Assembly (NCBI GenBank): GCA_965223665.1
Contig: OZ245011.1
Span: 1,408,001-1,472,000 of the forward strand
DNA: 64,000 nucleotides
Source of the DNA: Nitrospinaceae bacterium
GTDB taxonomy: Bacteria; Nitrospinota; Nitrospinia; Nitrospinales; Nitrospinaceae
Direction: 5' to 3'
In this document: one piece after another, positions 29,153-39,944 of the stretch
How positions within the stretch are numbered: the first letter of the stretch is position 1
Layout of the letters: each line of letters starts with the position of its first letter
Notes under the pieces: generated by a model
Database searches by the model: none
Seen by the model: the letters and a program-made list of their open reading frames with translations, nothing else
What the model was told of the DNA's origin: nothing
Made by a program: the position numbers and the translations under genes

Positions 29153-29956
29153 ATGGTTTCTTTTCTTCAACGGATCTTACTGATCGCCCTGGTTCTTGGG
29201 TACCCCCTCGCAGGAGGGGCAGAAACCCCGGCCTTCACTACCGACCGACCCTCGCAGTCGGATGCGAGTTCCCTGGTGCCGCCGGGCTACCTGCAGTTCG
29301 AATCGGGTTACACCTTCGCCTACGACGATACTTCCAATATCGAAATGACCCAACACAACCTTCCCAACCTTGTTCTCCGATACGGTCTGCTGGAACCGCT
29401 GGAACTGCGTTTGGGATGGAACGGTTATTTCTGGAACAGTCCCAACCCCGGCGCCACGCAAAAAGGATCTGGCGATGGTCAGATCAGTGCCAAGTGGCAA
29501 ATTTTTCAGGAAGCAGACGGACTTCCCGAAACCACTCTGCTGTCCGGCGTCAGTCTCCCTTGGGGACAGAGCGGTTTTTCTTCGAAACGTATTGATCCGT
29601 TCATCCGGGCGCTCTTGACCTGGACCTTGCCGCAGGGATTCAGTCTTGCTTCCAATTTGGGCGCTACCTGGACTACCCGCAGTGAGGGTGGGCACAAGGA
29701 CACCACGGCGGATTTCATCTACACGGTGCTTCTGGGCTACGCGTTGACACCGTACCTGAACGTATTCGGCGAGTTCTTTGGATCGGTGCCGTTGGAGGAG
29801 GGGGGCGACCGGCATGGCTTCGACGCCGGTTTCGCCTGGTGCGTGCTGCCCACTGTGCAGATCGATCTATCCGCAGGTGTGGGGTTGAACGAGGCCGCCA
29901 CCGACCTGTTTGTGATCGCGGGCCTGTCCTTCCGTCTTCCCCGGATAGTTCAATGA
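29153..29956 (+). CDS. Outer-membrane beta-barrel 'transporter' (MetA-pathway/phenol-degradation-like family)
   Basis: Signal peptide; TDRP, VP.G..Q.ESGY, LRYGL...LELR motifs; C-terminal GLSFR. Confidence 0.75.
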   Translation: MVSFLQRILLIALVLGYPLAGGAETPAFTTDRPSQSDASSLVPPGYLQFESGYTFAYDDTSNIEMTQHNLPNLVLRYGLLEPLELRLGWNGYFWNSPNPGATQKGSGDGQISAKWQIFQEADGLPETTLLSGVSLPWGQSGFSSKRIDPFIRALLTWTLPQGFSLASNLGATWTTRSEGGHKDTTADFIYTVLLGYALTPYLNVFGEFFGSVPLEEGGDRHGFDAGFAWCVLPTVQIDLSAGVGLNEAATDLFVIAGLSFRLPRIVQ

Positions 29957-30353
29957 CTGGGTTGAATCAGTTGCCAAGAGAAACGCATTTCTGTTTCGAA
30001 TTTAGAGAATATTTTTATTTTTCGGATTGGTATTGGATTCAAATCAAAAATATAAGAGGAGATTCCCCCCAGCCCGCAGCGTGACGCTGCACCCAGAATA
30101 AATTTTCATCAGGTTTGTCCAAATATCATTTATCCACAAACTTTTAAGAATCCTTATTGCATCCAACCGCCAGGTTGGGGAAAGAGGGGATATATCGCTC
30201 TTTCTTCGAATATTTTTTTCTGAAGGAAAGCTCAACTTATGGAAAGGTTTTGAAGATTCTGCGTTTACCGCCGATCATCGAAAATTAATTCTGCCCCTCA
30301 CGGCAAGTGAGTTTCCTCCGGCTGGGAGCCGGGCCGCTAGGGCGAGTGGCCCG

Positions 30354-31466
30354 CTATTCCACAAAGGGGCCGCCCATGAGGAAGTTGCCGATAGCAAACT
30401 CCTGTTTGTGCGATTGCAGCGGATGAAACTCGCCGGCGAGTAAATCGCGATAGAGTCGTTCCAGCCCCACTTTCCTAAAATAGGAATAACCACCCAACGC
30501 TTCCATCGCGCACTGCGCACTTTGCCGTCCGTGCGAAGAGACGATCGACTTCCCTTGAATGGCTTTACTTGCGCTCGTGGTGTCAGGACTGATGTCAAAG
30601 TTATTCACGCGGCGGACCATATCCTCGATGGCCCATTTCGTAATCTGGTAATGGTTATTCATCTTGCCGATGCATGCGGTTGAGACAGGATCTTTTTTAG
30701 CGCGCTTGGAAAACAAGTCAACCGTTTTGTCATGAATGGCTTCCACCACTCCGGCGTAGGGCGACATAAAAATCGGAAACGCCAGGGTGCACACCACGTC
30801 CCACACCGGATGCCACTTACCGCGCTCGCGGATGAGGCCCACTTTTTCTTTTGGAATAAACACGTTTTTAAAATCGATGGAATGCGATCCGGTACCGCGC
30901 ATGCCCATGGCATCCCAGTCGTTTAAAATCTCCACCCCTTCCGCATTCAGTGGAGTGGAAAAATGGAGCACGTGTTCGCTTTCTCCATCGTCATATGCGC
31001 AGCTCATGACCGCGACATTGCCCAGAGGCGCGCCACTGCAAAACGCTTTGCGGCAAGTGATGCGATAGCCGCCGTCTACTTTTTCCGCCGACCCGTTAGA
31101 CGAAACCCAATCGCCGCCGCCGGTGCTCACTAAAATCAAATCGTTCGCCACAACCGCCTTTAAGGTGTTGGTGGAAGGGCCGTCGCCTTTCAGGTGCTTC
31201 AAGGTCAGAACCGCGACTAAATGCTGGTGCATGGACAAAGTTAAAGCAGTTGAGGGGCAAAACTTTGCGAGGTCTTTGAGAAATACGCAAAGGTCACTGT
31301 AGGAAACACCGCCTCCGCCCAGGTCGGCAGGAATAAGCGCTTTATAAACCCCCGCCTCTTGTAACTTTAGAAAATTTTCTTCTGCAAATTTGTTTTCCTG
31401 ATCCAGCTCGGGTGCGCGTTTCTCGAACTCCGGCCCCCACTGGTTCAGCACCGATTGTAAATCCAT
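30354..31466 (-). CDS. Acyl-CoA dehydrogenase family flavoprotein
   Basis: IP.DLGGGG, K.FCSG, WDAMGMRGTGS, GG.SY.R..GLERLYRD motifs. Confidence 0.85.
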   Translation of the reverse strand: MDLQSVLNQWGPEFEKRAPELDQENKFAEENFLKLQEAGVYKALIPADLGGGGVSYSDLCVFLKDLAKFCPSTALTLSMHQHLVAVLTLKHLKGDGPSTNTLKAVVANDLILVSTGGGDWVSSNGSAEKVDGGYRITCRKAFCSGAPLGNVAVMSCAYDDGESEHVLHFSTPLNAEGVEILNDWDAMGMRGTGSHSIDFKNVFIPKEKVGLIRERGKWHPVWDVVCTLAFPIFMSPYAGVVEAIHDKTVDLFSKRAKKDPVSTACIGKMNNHYQITKWAIEDMVRRVNNFDISPDTTSASKAIQGKSIVSSHGRQSAQCAMEALGGYSYFRKVGLERLYRDLLAGEFHPLQSHKQEFAIGNFLMGGPFVE

Positions 31467-31800
31467 ACAACTCTCCCCTCATTTTAAAAGTCATACAGTT
31501 ATGGATAGCACTCCACAGGTTGGAATCTCACCTGCCTGAATTCTAGCACCAGAAGGGTGTTACCACAATGCCCCTAACGGTCTACACTCTCAACCTTTAG
31601 TTTCCAATAAGGGGACCCTTAGGATCACAATTGCCATTGGGTAAAGACCTTTTCCCAGTATCGAGATTTATATCGGTGATCCAGTAGAAACAGCAAGGCG
31701 TAGAAGAAATCGATTCCCAAGGACTTTTTACATAAGTTCACTCAACTTGTATAATATATGAACTAATTTTAAACTTTCTTCCAATTAATATGGAGATTTC

Positions 31801-32775
31801 ATGGCTTCTCATTCTTCAAAAAAAGTAATTTACGCTGCGCTGGCAGGCAACGGATTAATCTCCGTGACTAAATTCTGGGCCGCGGCTTACACCGGAAGTT
31901 CTACCATGTTCAGTGAGGCCATCCATTCCCTGGTCGATACCGGAAACCAGTGGCTGTTGTTATACGGTTTAAAGTCTTCAAAAAAACCGGCCGATGAATC
32001 CCACCCTTTTGGGTATGGAATGGAAGTTTACTTTTGGAGTTTTGTGGTCGCGATTCTTATCTTCGGACTGGGTGCGGGGATTTCCATTTATGAAGGCATT
32101 GTCAAAATCCAATCGCCTACTCCGGTCAGCAATCCGATGATCAACTACATCGTGATTGGAGTCGCCATTCTTTTTGAAGGCGCGGCGCTGGCGGTGGCCA
32201 TTAAAGAGTTTCGCAAAGTGAAGGGAGATCGAGGTTGGTTGCAGGCGGTAAGAAGAAGCAAGGACCCGGCTGTGTTCACGGTGCTGTTTGAAGATTCTGC
32301 CGCCTTACTGGGTCTCGTCATTGCCGGTGCCTGTATCTATTTCAGTGAACAGCTGAACATGCCCATTCTCGATGGCGTGGGTTCCATTTTAATCGGACTC
32401 ATCCTTGCTGCCACGGCATCGTTACTGGCGTTCGAATGTAAAGGGTTACTCATTGGAGAAGCAGTCAGCAGGGATGTGCAGAGAGAAATTCGAGAAATCA
32501 TTCTGAAAGAACCCAAAATCCTTCACATCAATGAAGTGTTGACGCTGCACTTTGGGCCAAAGGATGTGTTGCTGACCATCAGCCTGGATTTTGTCGACAA
32601 AATTTCATCGGAAGATATTGAACAGTCTATTTCGCGAATGGAGTTTCAAATCAAAGAACGGTTTGAACAGGTGCGGCGTGTATTTATTGAAGTGCAAAGC
32701 TGGCGGGGTCACCTGGTGGACAAAAACATGCACAAATCCAAAGAAGAAGAGGAAGACAAAGAGGAAAAAAAATAA
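31801..32775 (+). CDS. Cation diffusion facilitator (CDF) transporter
   Basis: SEAIHSLVD, HPFGYG.E, VLFEDSAA motifs; six TMs plus cytoplasmic domain. Confidence 0.9.
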   Translation: MASHSSKKVIYAALAGNGLISVTKFWAAAYTGSSTMFSEAIHSLVDTGNQWLLLYGLKSSKKPADESHPFGYGMEVYFWSFVVAILIFGLGAGISIYEGIVKIQSPTPVSNPMINYIVIGVAILFEGAALAVAIKEFRKVKGDRGWLQAVRRSKDPAVFTVLFEDSAALLGLVIAGACIYFSEQLNMPILDGVGSILIGLILAATASLLAFECKGLLIGEAVSRDVQREIREIILKEPKILHINEVLTLHFGPKDVLLTISLDFVDKISSEDIEQSISRMEFQIKERFEQVRRVFIEVQSWRGHLVDKNMHKSKEEEEDKEEKK

Positions 32776-32795
32776 AAGGGTTTTTGTTTAAAGAC

Positions 32796-34463
32796 TCAAT
32801 TCAGTTTCTTTAGGGGGCTGGGAACTTTAACCGTATTTAATTCCAAACACTTTTCAGTCATTTCTTTAACCTTGCGATCCATGCTCACAATGACCAACGT
32901 CCAGGGGCATTCGTCTGAGCACAGGTCCTTGATCAATGGGTCTCTCAAGGGCCGTGGAAGTTTATGGAGCGCTCCATCCAATACTAAAAGCGAAGGTCGT
33001 CCCACAATCGCCCGTGCCACCAGAATTCTAAGCCGTTGACTTGGGGTAAAATATTTTCCACCCTCAATGACCCGCGTTTCTAAACCATCCGGAAACTTTT
33101 CCAGATCCAGGTGTGCCATGGTTAACGCCCATAACAAATCTCTGGTTTCAATATCCCTTCCCATTAAAATATTCTCGGCAATAGTTCCATCGAATAAATT
33201 AAGGTCTCTGGCAAACACAATTCCGCGCTGCGCATTTATCTGACGTGTGGATAAACTTTTTAAGTCAATCCCGTTGTACTTAATGATTCCCTGCGGAATG
33301 TTATCCAATCCTGCCAACGCCAAAGAGACACGCATACGAACCGATTCATTGGGACAGATCAAAGACCACTTCTCCCCAGGCATCGCTTCAAAATTAATAT
33401 TAGAAGGCACTCCCCTGCCGCCGGGCCAGTTTAAGTTGTGGCAACTCAAATGCAGACCCGGGCTCTCAGATTGAGGGACCACCAACCCGGATCCTTCTGC
33501 ATTTTTCTCCTGCGACAAAGCAAACATGTGATCCAGTTCGGTAAGCGCTGTAAAAAAATAAAACATGACATAAGTCCGCTTAACAACAGAATCCAGATTG
33601 AGAAGCAGACTGGCAACAATCACTTCCGCAGCAACCAGTTGACCCAGCGTTAATTGCCCCTGACTGAGCAGCCATCCCGCAGTTCCCAACAACCCGGTGT
33701 GCATCACCACCTGAAGGAAAAGCGATCCAATATATTGTCGAAGCAAAGAACTAAATCGATGTTTACGGGCTTCGACATAATTGGTGGCCAGGGTATCGGT
33801 TTTCTTCAGGATCAGGTTTCCGCAATTGGTGGCTTTAAAATGCAATAGATTGTCTGCCACTTCCTGCAGCCATTGGTAAGCATCGTATTTCGCCTCCGAC
33901 ATCAGAATCGTATTGCGAAATCCACCTTTACCCAACACGGCGATGATGATCACGGAAAACAGCAGGAAAATATCAAAGATGATAAAGTAAGGATGGTACA
34001 ACGCCAGCAAAACCATTCCAATAAACCCACCCACCAGCACGTTGGTCAAATCCACAAATAAGCTGGAAAGTGCCCGTTGGAGAAAAACCGTTTCAAAAAA
34101 CCGGCTCACAGAATCGGTGCGAAACGACTTTTCCACAAACCGAGGTAACGATTCGGCTAAAGCGAGAATCACCCGAACAAAGACACGTCTTTCCAGAATG
34201 TCGGTCGCGTAGAATTGCAGCACTCTGAAAATCCCGACGAGGAACAGCATGCCCGCCATAATTCCCACCAACGTGACCACCATAATGGGAGTGACCGCAA
34301 ACGCAAATGTGTTCACCAACTCTTGAACCGTAAACGGAATGATCAGGGAAAACAGCCCAACGGCAATCGCGTAGACAAATATAAAAAAGAAAAGCTTGCG
34401 CTCTTTATCTATAAAGTTTCCCAGGCGATCCAGGGTTTCTCTTAATGATGGGGGTTGATTCAT
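32796..34463 (-). CDS. Type I secretion-like ABC exporter with degenerate nucleotide-binding domain
   Basis: ABC TM domain (GQLTLGQLVAAE); NBD with LFDGTIAENI but Walker A, signature and Walker B all degenerate. Confidence 0.8.
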   Translation of the reverse strand: MNQPPSLRETLDRLGNFIDKERKLFFFIFVYAIAVGLFSLIIPFTVQELVNTFAFAVTPIMVVTLVGIMAGMLFLVGIFRVLQFYATDILERRVFVRVILALAESLPRFVEKSFRTDSVSRFFETVFLQRALSSLFVDLTNVLVGGFIGMVLLALYHPYFIIFDIFLLFSVIIIAVLGKGGFRNTILMSEAKYDAYQWLQEVADNLLHFKATNCGNLILKKTDTLATNYVEARKHRFSSLLRQYIGSLFLQVVMHTGLLGTAGWLLSQGQLTLGQLVAAEVIVASLLLNLDSVVKRTYVMFYFFTALTELDHMFALSQEKNAEGSGLVVPQSESPGLHLSCHNLNWPGGRGVPSNINFEAMPGEKWSLICPNESVRMRVSLALAGLDNIPQGIIKYNGIDLKSLSTRQINAQRGIVFARDLNLFDGTIAENILMGRDIETRDLLWALTMAHLDLEKFPDGLETRVIEGGKYFTPSQRLRILVARAIVGRPSLLVLDGALHKLPRPLRDPLIKDLCSDECPWTLVIVSMDRKVKEMTEKCLELNTVKVPSPLKKLN

Positions 34464-34466
34464 AAT

Positions 34467-35975
34467 TTATTTTTTCTTTCCTTTGATGGGTGTAGGATCT
34501 TTAATAAACCCATAACCGTTCACCCACTTGCCGATGGCCCAATTGTAAAAAGCCAACGCTTTTTGATAATCGGCCATTCCGTAAATCCACGATTCATTCG
34601 CCTCAAGCACATTGCGCTCCCGAATATTCACCACCAGCAAATTAGATGCTCCCAAATTGAAACGGGTACGTTCTCCCTCTTCCAGTTGTCTCGCTAACTT
34701 CAAACCTTTATCTAATAACTCAATACGTTCCTCCGCACGAGCTACCGCCGAACGGGAATCTGCTACCTCCATTGCCACCTGCTTCTTTCGATAGTCTTTG
34801 AGAAGTCTTAAGCGTTCTGCCTTCCCTTTAATTTTCAGGATATCGCCTCGCGCCTGGCGCTGGAATATAGGAATGCTCACCTGAACTCCAAACCGATACC
34901 CAAGACCCAGCACAAACTCCCCCGGTTTTCGAGTGGGTTGTGCCTCCAGAGACAAATCCGGGAGCAAATTATTTTCGGCGACATCCAAATCAATGTTGTT
35001 GAACTGAGCCTCCAATTTGACCAGCTTAATCTCAGGGCGTGTCAAAGCGGCTTTTTGTTTTACAGACTCCAGATCGTGCGGCCATTTCTTCGATTCCATC
35101 GCAGGGAACGCAGGCACCTTGCGTTTTTCGGGAACCTTCACTTCATCGCCTTCCCACAAAAACAGAGCCAACTTGTACTTTTCTTCATCGACTTTCCGCT
35201 TGGCTTTAATGAGTTTGTCCATTCGCCATTGCACTTCCTGGCCGGCATCAATCGCATCGAATTCCGCCCGAGCTCCTTCTTTAACCTGTTTCGTAATTTG
35301 TTTCAGACGATCCTTCGCCACCTTGACCGACTTTTCCTGAACATCTTTTACTTTCCAGGCGGCCACCCAATTCCAGTATTGAGTCGCCGCTCCCAGATAC
35401 AAATCCTGCCGCGCCTGCTGTATTTCAAGATTCACCTGCTCTTTGGCCAGGGACGATTTTTTGATTTCTGCACTTTCCGGGTTGGTGATAAATCCGCGCA
35501 GCAGTGGAAACACAATTCCCAACAAAGGCTGATGCTTCGTGTCTATTGCCAGGTCCGCAACTTCTACATCTCCAATTCCAAAACGAAAACCGGCAAACCC
35601 TTTCACCCCTGAAGGATGACGCAACTCCACAAACGTATCATTAAAACCCACACTTTTCGTAGACCCATCCTTTACCAGACGTTCCAGTTCCCAATCGTTA
35701 ACAAGTTTCGGATCAAATTTTCCGAGCGCTTTCAGCACTCTTCCGCGGGCGAGCATCATATTGGCCTGGCTTCTCTTCAGAAGCGGATGCTGTTTTTCCA
35801 AACGCTCAAACACCGATTGCAGGGTCAGCAGGGAAGTGGGAGTTTCTTTCTCAAAAGGCTTGGTCACACTTTCTGCCCGCAGGGGAATTGCCAAAGCAAT
35901 CATAAACACCAGCAACGCAGTCCTGTGAAAATTTTTAGCCAAATGTAACCCTCCCTTTAAAATTGAAATCATCAT
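34467..35975 (-). CDS. TolC family outer-membrane efflux protein
   Basis: Signal peptide; HP.L, RPEI, LLPDL, ER.RF.LG.S.LL.VN.RE motifs. Confidence 0.85.
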   Translation of the reverse strand: MMISILKGGLHLAKNFHRTALLVFMIALAIPLRAESVTKPFEKETPTSLLTLQSVFERLEKQHPLLKRSQANMMLARGRVLKALGKFDPKLVNDWELERLVKDGSTKSVGFNDTFVELRHPSGVKGFAGFRFGIGDVEVADLAIDTKHQPLLGIVFPLLRGFITNPESAEIKKSSLAKEQVNLEIQQARQDLYLGAATQYWNWVAAWKVKDVQEKSVKVAKDRLKQITKQVKEGARAEFDAIDAGQEVQWRMDKLIKAKRKVDEEKYKLALFLWEGDEVKVPEKRKVPAFPAMESKKWPHDLESVKQKAALTRPEIKLVKLEAQFNNIDLDVAENNLLPDLSLEAQPTRKPGEFVLGLGYRFGVQVSIPIFQRQARGDILKIKGKAERLRLLKDYRKKQVAMEVADSRSAVARAEERIELLDKGLKLARQLEEGERTRFNLGASNLLVVNIRERNVLEANESWIYGMADYQKALAFYNWAIGKWVNGYGFIKDPTPIKGKKK

Positions 35976-35989
35976 GATGAAATTTGAAC

Positions 35990-37450
35990 TTATTTCCTCG
36001 GCCTTCCTGCTTTGGGTAAAAATAATTCCTTCAGGTTAATATCACCCGACTCATAATCCGCCGGGAACAAATTAAAACGACGCCAGATTTCATACCATAA
36101 CGGCACACGATTCAAAATCACCCAGCCGATGACTCGTGTGCCCTGCCGAACATTTTGCTGAGGCGGCCATTCCCGGCGTTTCGTATCGGGTGTGACCCAA
36201 AACCGAAACTGTCCATTCGTAGAAGCTGCCTGGTCCACCACCTGAATGGTTCCATCATAAGTCCCTGCCATAAACTCAGGCCAGGCCGGAAGCGGAATCG
36301 CGGGCACTCCGTTAAACAAAATTCGGACAGGACGACCCGGTTTTAAAAGAGGCGCATCGATGGCATTGCTCCACATTTCTATAGCCGGAGTCACCTGTTG
36401 CGGAACCAGTGTAAACAGTAAGTCTCCAGAATGTACAATTTCCCCCTGACCAATGGGCGAAATACGCACGATCTTTCCGTCGAACGGAGCAATCACCTGC
36501 CCGGCCTTTTGTCTTTCAAGTGCATTCGATCGGTTCAATTCCAGGTCGGCCAATTCCTTGGAGGCCTTGGCAAAATCACTGAGCGCGGTCACCCGCTTGG
36601 ACTTGGTATCCAGTAAACGTTGAATCAATTCCGCATCGATCTGTTCACTTTGGTGTGCCAGCGCACGACGACCCTCTTGCGCTTCATTCAATTTAGCCTG
36701 CACCGCTTTGACTTCTGCCTTCGCCTCTGTAACTGCCTGGATGGCGAGTTCCAGTTCACGCTGTGAAACTAATCCTTTTTCTCGAAGAGCACGCAACCGT
36801 TCCAGGTTGAGTTGCGCTGTCTCTAAATTTCCTTCGGCAGGAGCTAACCGTTGCTCGGCATTCAATACTTTATTATCGGCTTCGGACACACGGGCCTGGG
36901 CGGAAGAATTGGTCGCTTTGGCTAACGCTTCCATTTCTTTAATTCGTTGCGATAAAATTTCTGCCTGATCCTGGGCGGCCTTTTTTTGCTGTTCCAGCGC
37001 CTGCCGTGATTCGTCTAACCGGTGAATCAGATCCGGTGCCATAAACCTGGGATTAATGTCTCCCAAACTTAATATCAGATCATTCTTATTAACTTCATCC
37101 CCTTCATTCACATGCCAATTGACAATTTTCCCATTGATCTGAGCATGAATTTCCTGAGGTCGATCTTTAGGTAAATACGAAGAAAGCCGACCTTGAACCG
37201 TTATCGTCTGCGTCCACGGAACAAAGCTGACAGTGACCACCAGTAATATAAAAATTAAAAATGCCGTTCGGGACCAGGCTTTTAATCGGCGAGGAATTTT
37301 TACGGATTCTATAGAGCGCAGGCCAGAAGCATCTGGATTAAGAATAATAGAAAAAGGCCCGTTACCGTGGCCGGAATTGTTAGTTGTGGTGTTTTGGGTT
37401 AATTGAATGTCGGCCATAATTTTTCCGATCGTTTTCTGAGGTGAATGCAA
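35990..37450 (-). CDS. HlyD family membrane fusion protein (start uncertain, perhaps MADIQ at 37417)
   Basis: VPWTQT...G; lipoyl halves (I.A.I.G.I..W.V.EGD.V and V.APFDG.I); long coiled coil. Confidence 0.85.
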   Translation of the reverse strand: MHSPQKTIGKIMADIQLTQNTTTNNSGHGNGPFSIILNPDASGLRSIESVKIPRRLKAWSRTAFLIFILLVVTVSFVPWTQTITVQGRLSSYLPKDRPQEIHAQINGKIVNWHVNEGDEVNKNDLILSLGDINPRFMAPDLIHRLDESRQALEQQKKAAQDQAEILSQRIKEMEALAKATNSSAQARVSEADNKVLNAEQRLAPAEGNLETAQLNLERLRALREKGLVSQRELELAIQAVTEAKAEVKAVQAKLNEAQEGRRALAHQSEQIDAELIQRLLDTKSKRVTALSDFAKASKELADLELNRSNALERQKAGQVIAPFDGKIVRISPIGQGEIVHSGDLLFTLVPQQVTPAIEMWSNAIDAPLLKPGRPVRILFNGVPAIPLPAWPEFMAGTYDGTIQVVDQAASTNGQFRFWVTPDTKRREWPPQQNVRQGTRVIGWVILNRVPLWYEIWRRFNLFPADYESGDINLKELFLPKAGRPRK

Positions 37451-38308
37451 AATTATTTAATGATTGCAGGAATCTTATATTAGAAAATTACAGCCTCGAA
37501 ACGCCGGTAACACCCAGTTTACCAAGCGCTAATTGTCTCATAAAGTAATATTTTTTATTTCTTTTGATTCAAACCAATTCCATAATTCCATATCCCATTT
37601 TTGATTTTACCATTCCATTGGAATCAACTCATCACTCCCAGAGGGACAAGACAAGATGCCGGTTATGATCCCAATGGAGATGGCAAGATCAGTATATATA
37701 AAATATCGAATCCGCAAGACTCTCCGGTACGAGTCCACGTGTTTCAATATTGTAAGTATAGACGGATTCCATCCATTTAAGTTCTTTGAATGTTTTAATA
37801 GGATAATTTAATAATATTAAACGGTTTAAATAGAAAATGAAAGGGATACTCCTAAAAATCGAGTTGAGTTGTTTCTATATATATACCTGTCTTTAAAAGG
37901 CAATTACTGAGCAAGAATCGGATGGGAAGAAAGACAAAAAATATTAAATGAGAAATCGATGCGCTCCCTCTTTTTAAAGGAGACCTTTGCGTAAATCATT
38001 AAATTGGAAACCCCTGAAGGTGAATCCCCCTAACCCGCAGCGTGACGCTGCACTCAATCTTTGTCCTCGTGGGGTGGTTTACACTTTATTTCTCCACAGA
38101 AAATTGTAAATCCCATTTGCCTCCAACCGCTAGGTTGGAAAGAGGGAATACACTGTTCTTAATAAACAATTTATTGTGTTCAGTTCAATAGTAATTGTTA
38201 CGTAAAGGTCTCTATAATGAATCCGGAGTGCGTGGATCGCAAGAATCGGATTGGAAAACGATTGGCTCTGGTTTAGAGTAAAGGTCTCAAGCATGGGGAG
38301 ACGATTCG

Positions 38309-39169
38309 ATGGCCTTGGCCGCATTGCAAAAACAATCGATAGATTATCAGCGCATTGAGCAGGCAATCCATAATTTAGAAGACTCGGCACTGGATCAACC
38401 GGATTTAAAAAAGCTTGCCGCAAGTTTGAACCTGAGCGAATATCATTTTCAAAGACTGTTCAGCCGTTGGGCCGGAGTCAGTCCGAAACGGTTTTTGCAA
38501 TTCCTCACTTTGGATTACGCCAAGTCCATTTTAAACCAGTCCAACAATTTACTGGACGTCACGTTGGAAACGGGACTCTCCAGTGTGAGCCGCCTGCATG
38601 ATCTGTTCGTTCAATGCGAATCCGTCACCCCTGGCGAATATAAAAATAACGGGCAAGGTTTGACCATTTCTTATGGCTTTCATCCGACTCCTTTTGGCGA
38701 GTGTCTGTTAGCAACAACTCATCGTGGAATATGCGGACTCACTTTTCTTCAACAGGGAAAGCGTCGTCCCGCACTGGACGACTTGAAACGTCGATGGCAT
38801 CAGTCCACTTTAAAAGAAGACGCACGCCAAACGGAAAAAGTTCTAAAAACCATTTTCAATAAAAATCCAAATCCGCAAAAGCCTTTGTACCTGTTTGTCA
38901 AAGGCACTAATTTTCAAATTAAAGTCTGGGAAGCTTTGGTGCGAATTCCGCAGGGCGCGTTGGTTTCTTATCAGAATGTGGCGCGCTCCATCGGGGCGCC
39001 TCAAGCCTCACGCGCCGTGGCCAATGCCGTGGCGCACAATCCCATTCAGTATGTCGTTCCCTGCCATCGTGTGATCCAAAGCATCGGAGCCTTTGGCGGC
39101 TATCAAGCGGGACCGAACAGAAAAAAAGCACTCCTCGCCTGGGAAGCTGCACAAGCGGAAACCGGGTAG
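38309..39169 (+). CDS. ada: AraC-HTH / methylated-DNA-protein-cysteine methyltransferase (Ada-like, lacking the N-terminal Zn domain)
   Basis: LSEYHFQRLF.RWAGVSPK HTH; GTNFQ.KVW.AL..IP.G; active-site VPCHRV. Confidence 0.85.
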   Translation: MALAALQKQSIDYQRIEQAIHNLEDSALDQPDLKKLAASLNLSEYHFQRLFSRWAGVSPKRFLQFLTLDYAKSILNQSNNLLDVTLETGLSSVSRLHDLFVQCESVTPGEYKNNGQGLTISYGFHPTPFGECLLATTHRGICGLTFLQQGKRRPALDDLKRRWHQSTLKEDARQTEKVLKTIFNKNPNPQKPLYLFVKGTNFQIKVWEALVRIPQGALVSYQNVARSIGAPQASRAVANAVAHNPIQYVVPCHRVIQSIGAFGGYQAGPNRKKALLAWEAAQAETG

Positions 39170-39447
39170 AACTCAGCCAAGTGGAGTGACCTCTCGTTGA
39201 TCCCCCTAAGGGCAATCACCCCGACCGCGGCCCCCGGCCGCTGGGAAAATAAATTTTCGTAAGGTTATTTGCGGTCTTTTTATTGACTAACTTTTGAATA
39301 TCCCGGTTGCCTCCAACCGCCAGGTTGGAAAAGAGGGAGCACATCTGCTTCAAAATTTTATATTTTCTACTGAAGACCGGCTTTTAAATTGTTTCTGATG
39401 TAAATAACCAATTACCCAAAGTTATTTTAAGTAGAAATTAAGTGATC

Positions 39448-39855
39448 CTACGTAACCTTCACCACCGCTTCGCCTTCGATGACGATGGTTCCCTCCTGAT
39501 TAACGCAAGCGGTACGCAAAGTGATTATGGGTTTGTCATCGCGAATATGAGTGATCTTCACCATGGCGGTGATTTCATCGCCAATAAACACCGGCGCTTT
39601 AAACTTCAACGTTTGCCCTAAATATATCGAACCTTCTCCGGGAAGCTCCATGCCAATCAATCCCGAGAACATACTCGCCACCAACATGCCATGCGCAACG
39701 CGTTTTCCAAAGACAGTCGACCTTGCATAAACCGAGTCCAAATGAATCGGGTTGCTGTCTTTAGACATAATGGAAAACTCAACGACATCCGCTTCGGTAA
39801 ATATTTTGCTCATCGAAGCTTTATCACCCACCTTAAAATTCGTTTTCATTATCAA
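39448..39855 (-). CDS. MaoC family (R)-specific enoyl-CoA hydratase
   Basis: D.NPIHLD..YA, AHGML, LPG.G.IYLGQ.L.F.APV.IGD. Confidence 0.88.
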   Translation of the reverse strand: MIMKTNFKVGDKASMSKIFTEADVVEFSIMSKDSNPIHLDSVYARSTVFGKRVAHGMLVASMFSGLIGMELPGEGSIYLGQTLKFKAPVFIGDEITAMVKITHIRDDKPIITLRTACVNQEGTIVIEGEAVVKVT

Positions 39856-39944
39856 GAATCCTTTAAATTGGAAAAAATTGTTTAATGTGGTAATACGTTA
39901 GAATCAAAATAGTCTTTATTTAGTCCTCATCCAGATGACGCTTT

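Noticed and set aside
32796-37450. ABC/HlyD/TolC system as the exporter of the RiPP product
   Set aside because: Lies more than 7 kb outside the adh-bounded island, has no C39 peptidase domain, and the precursor has no double-glycine leader; no evidence of linkage
37500-37780. Possible degraded gene upstream of hlyD (missing ABC partner or substrate)
   Set aside because: Only short stop-interrupted frames with no recognisable similarity
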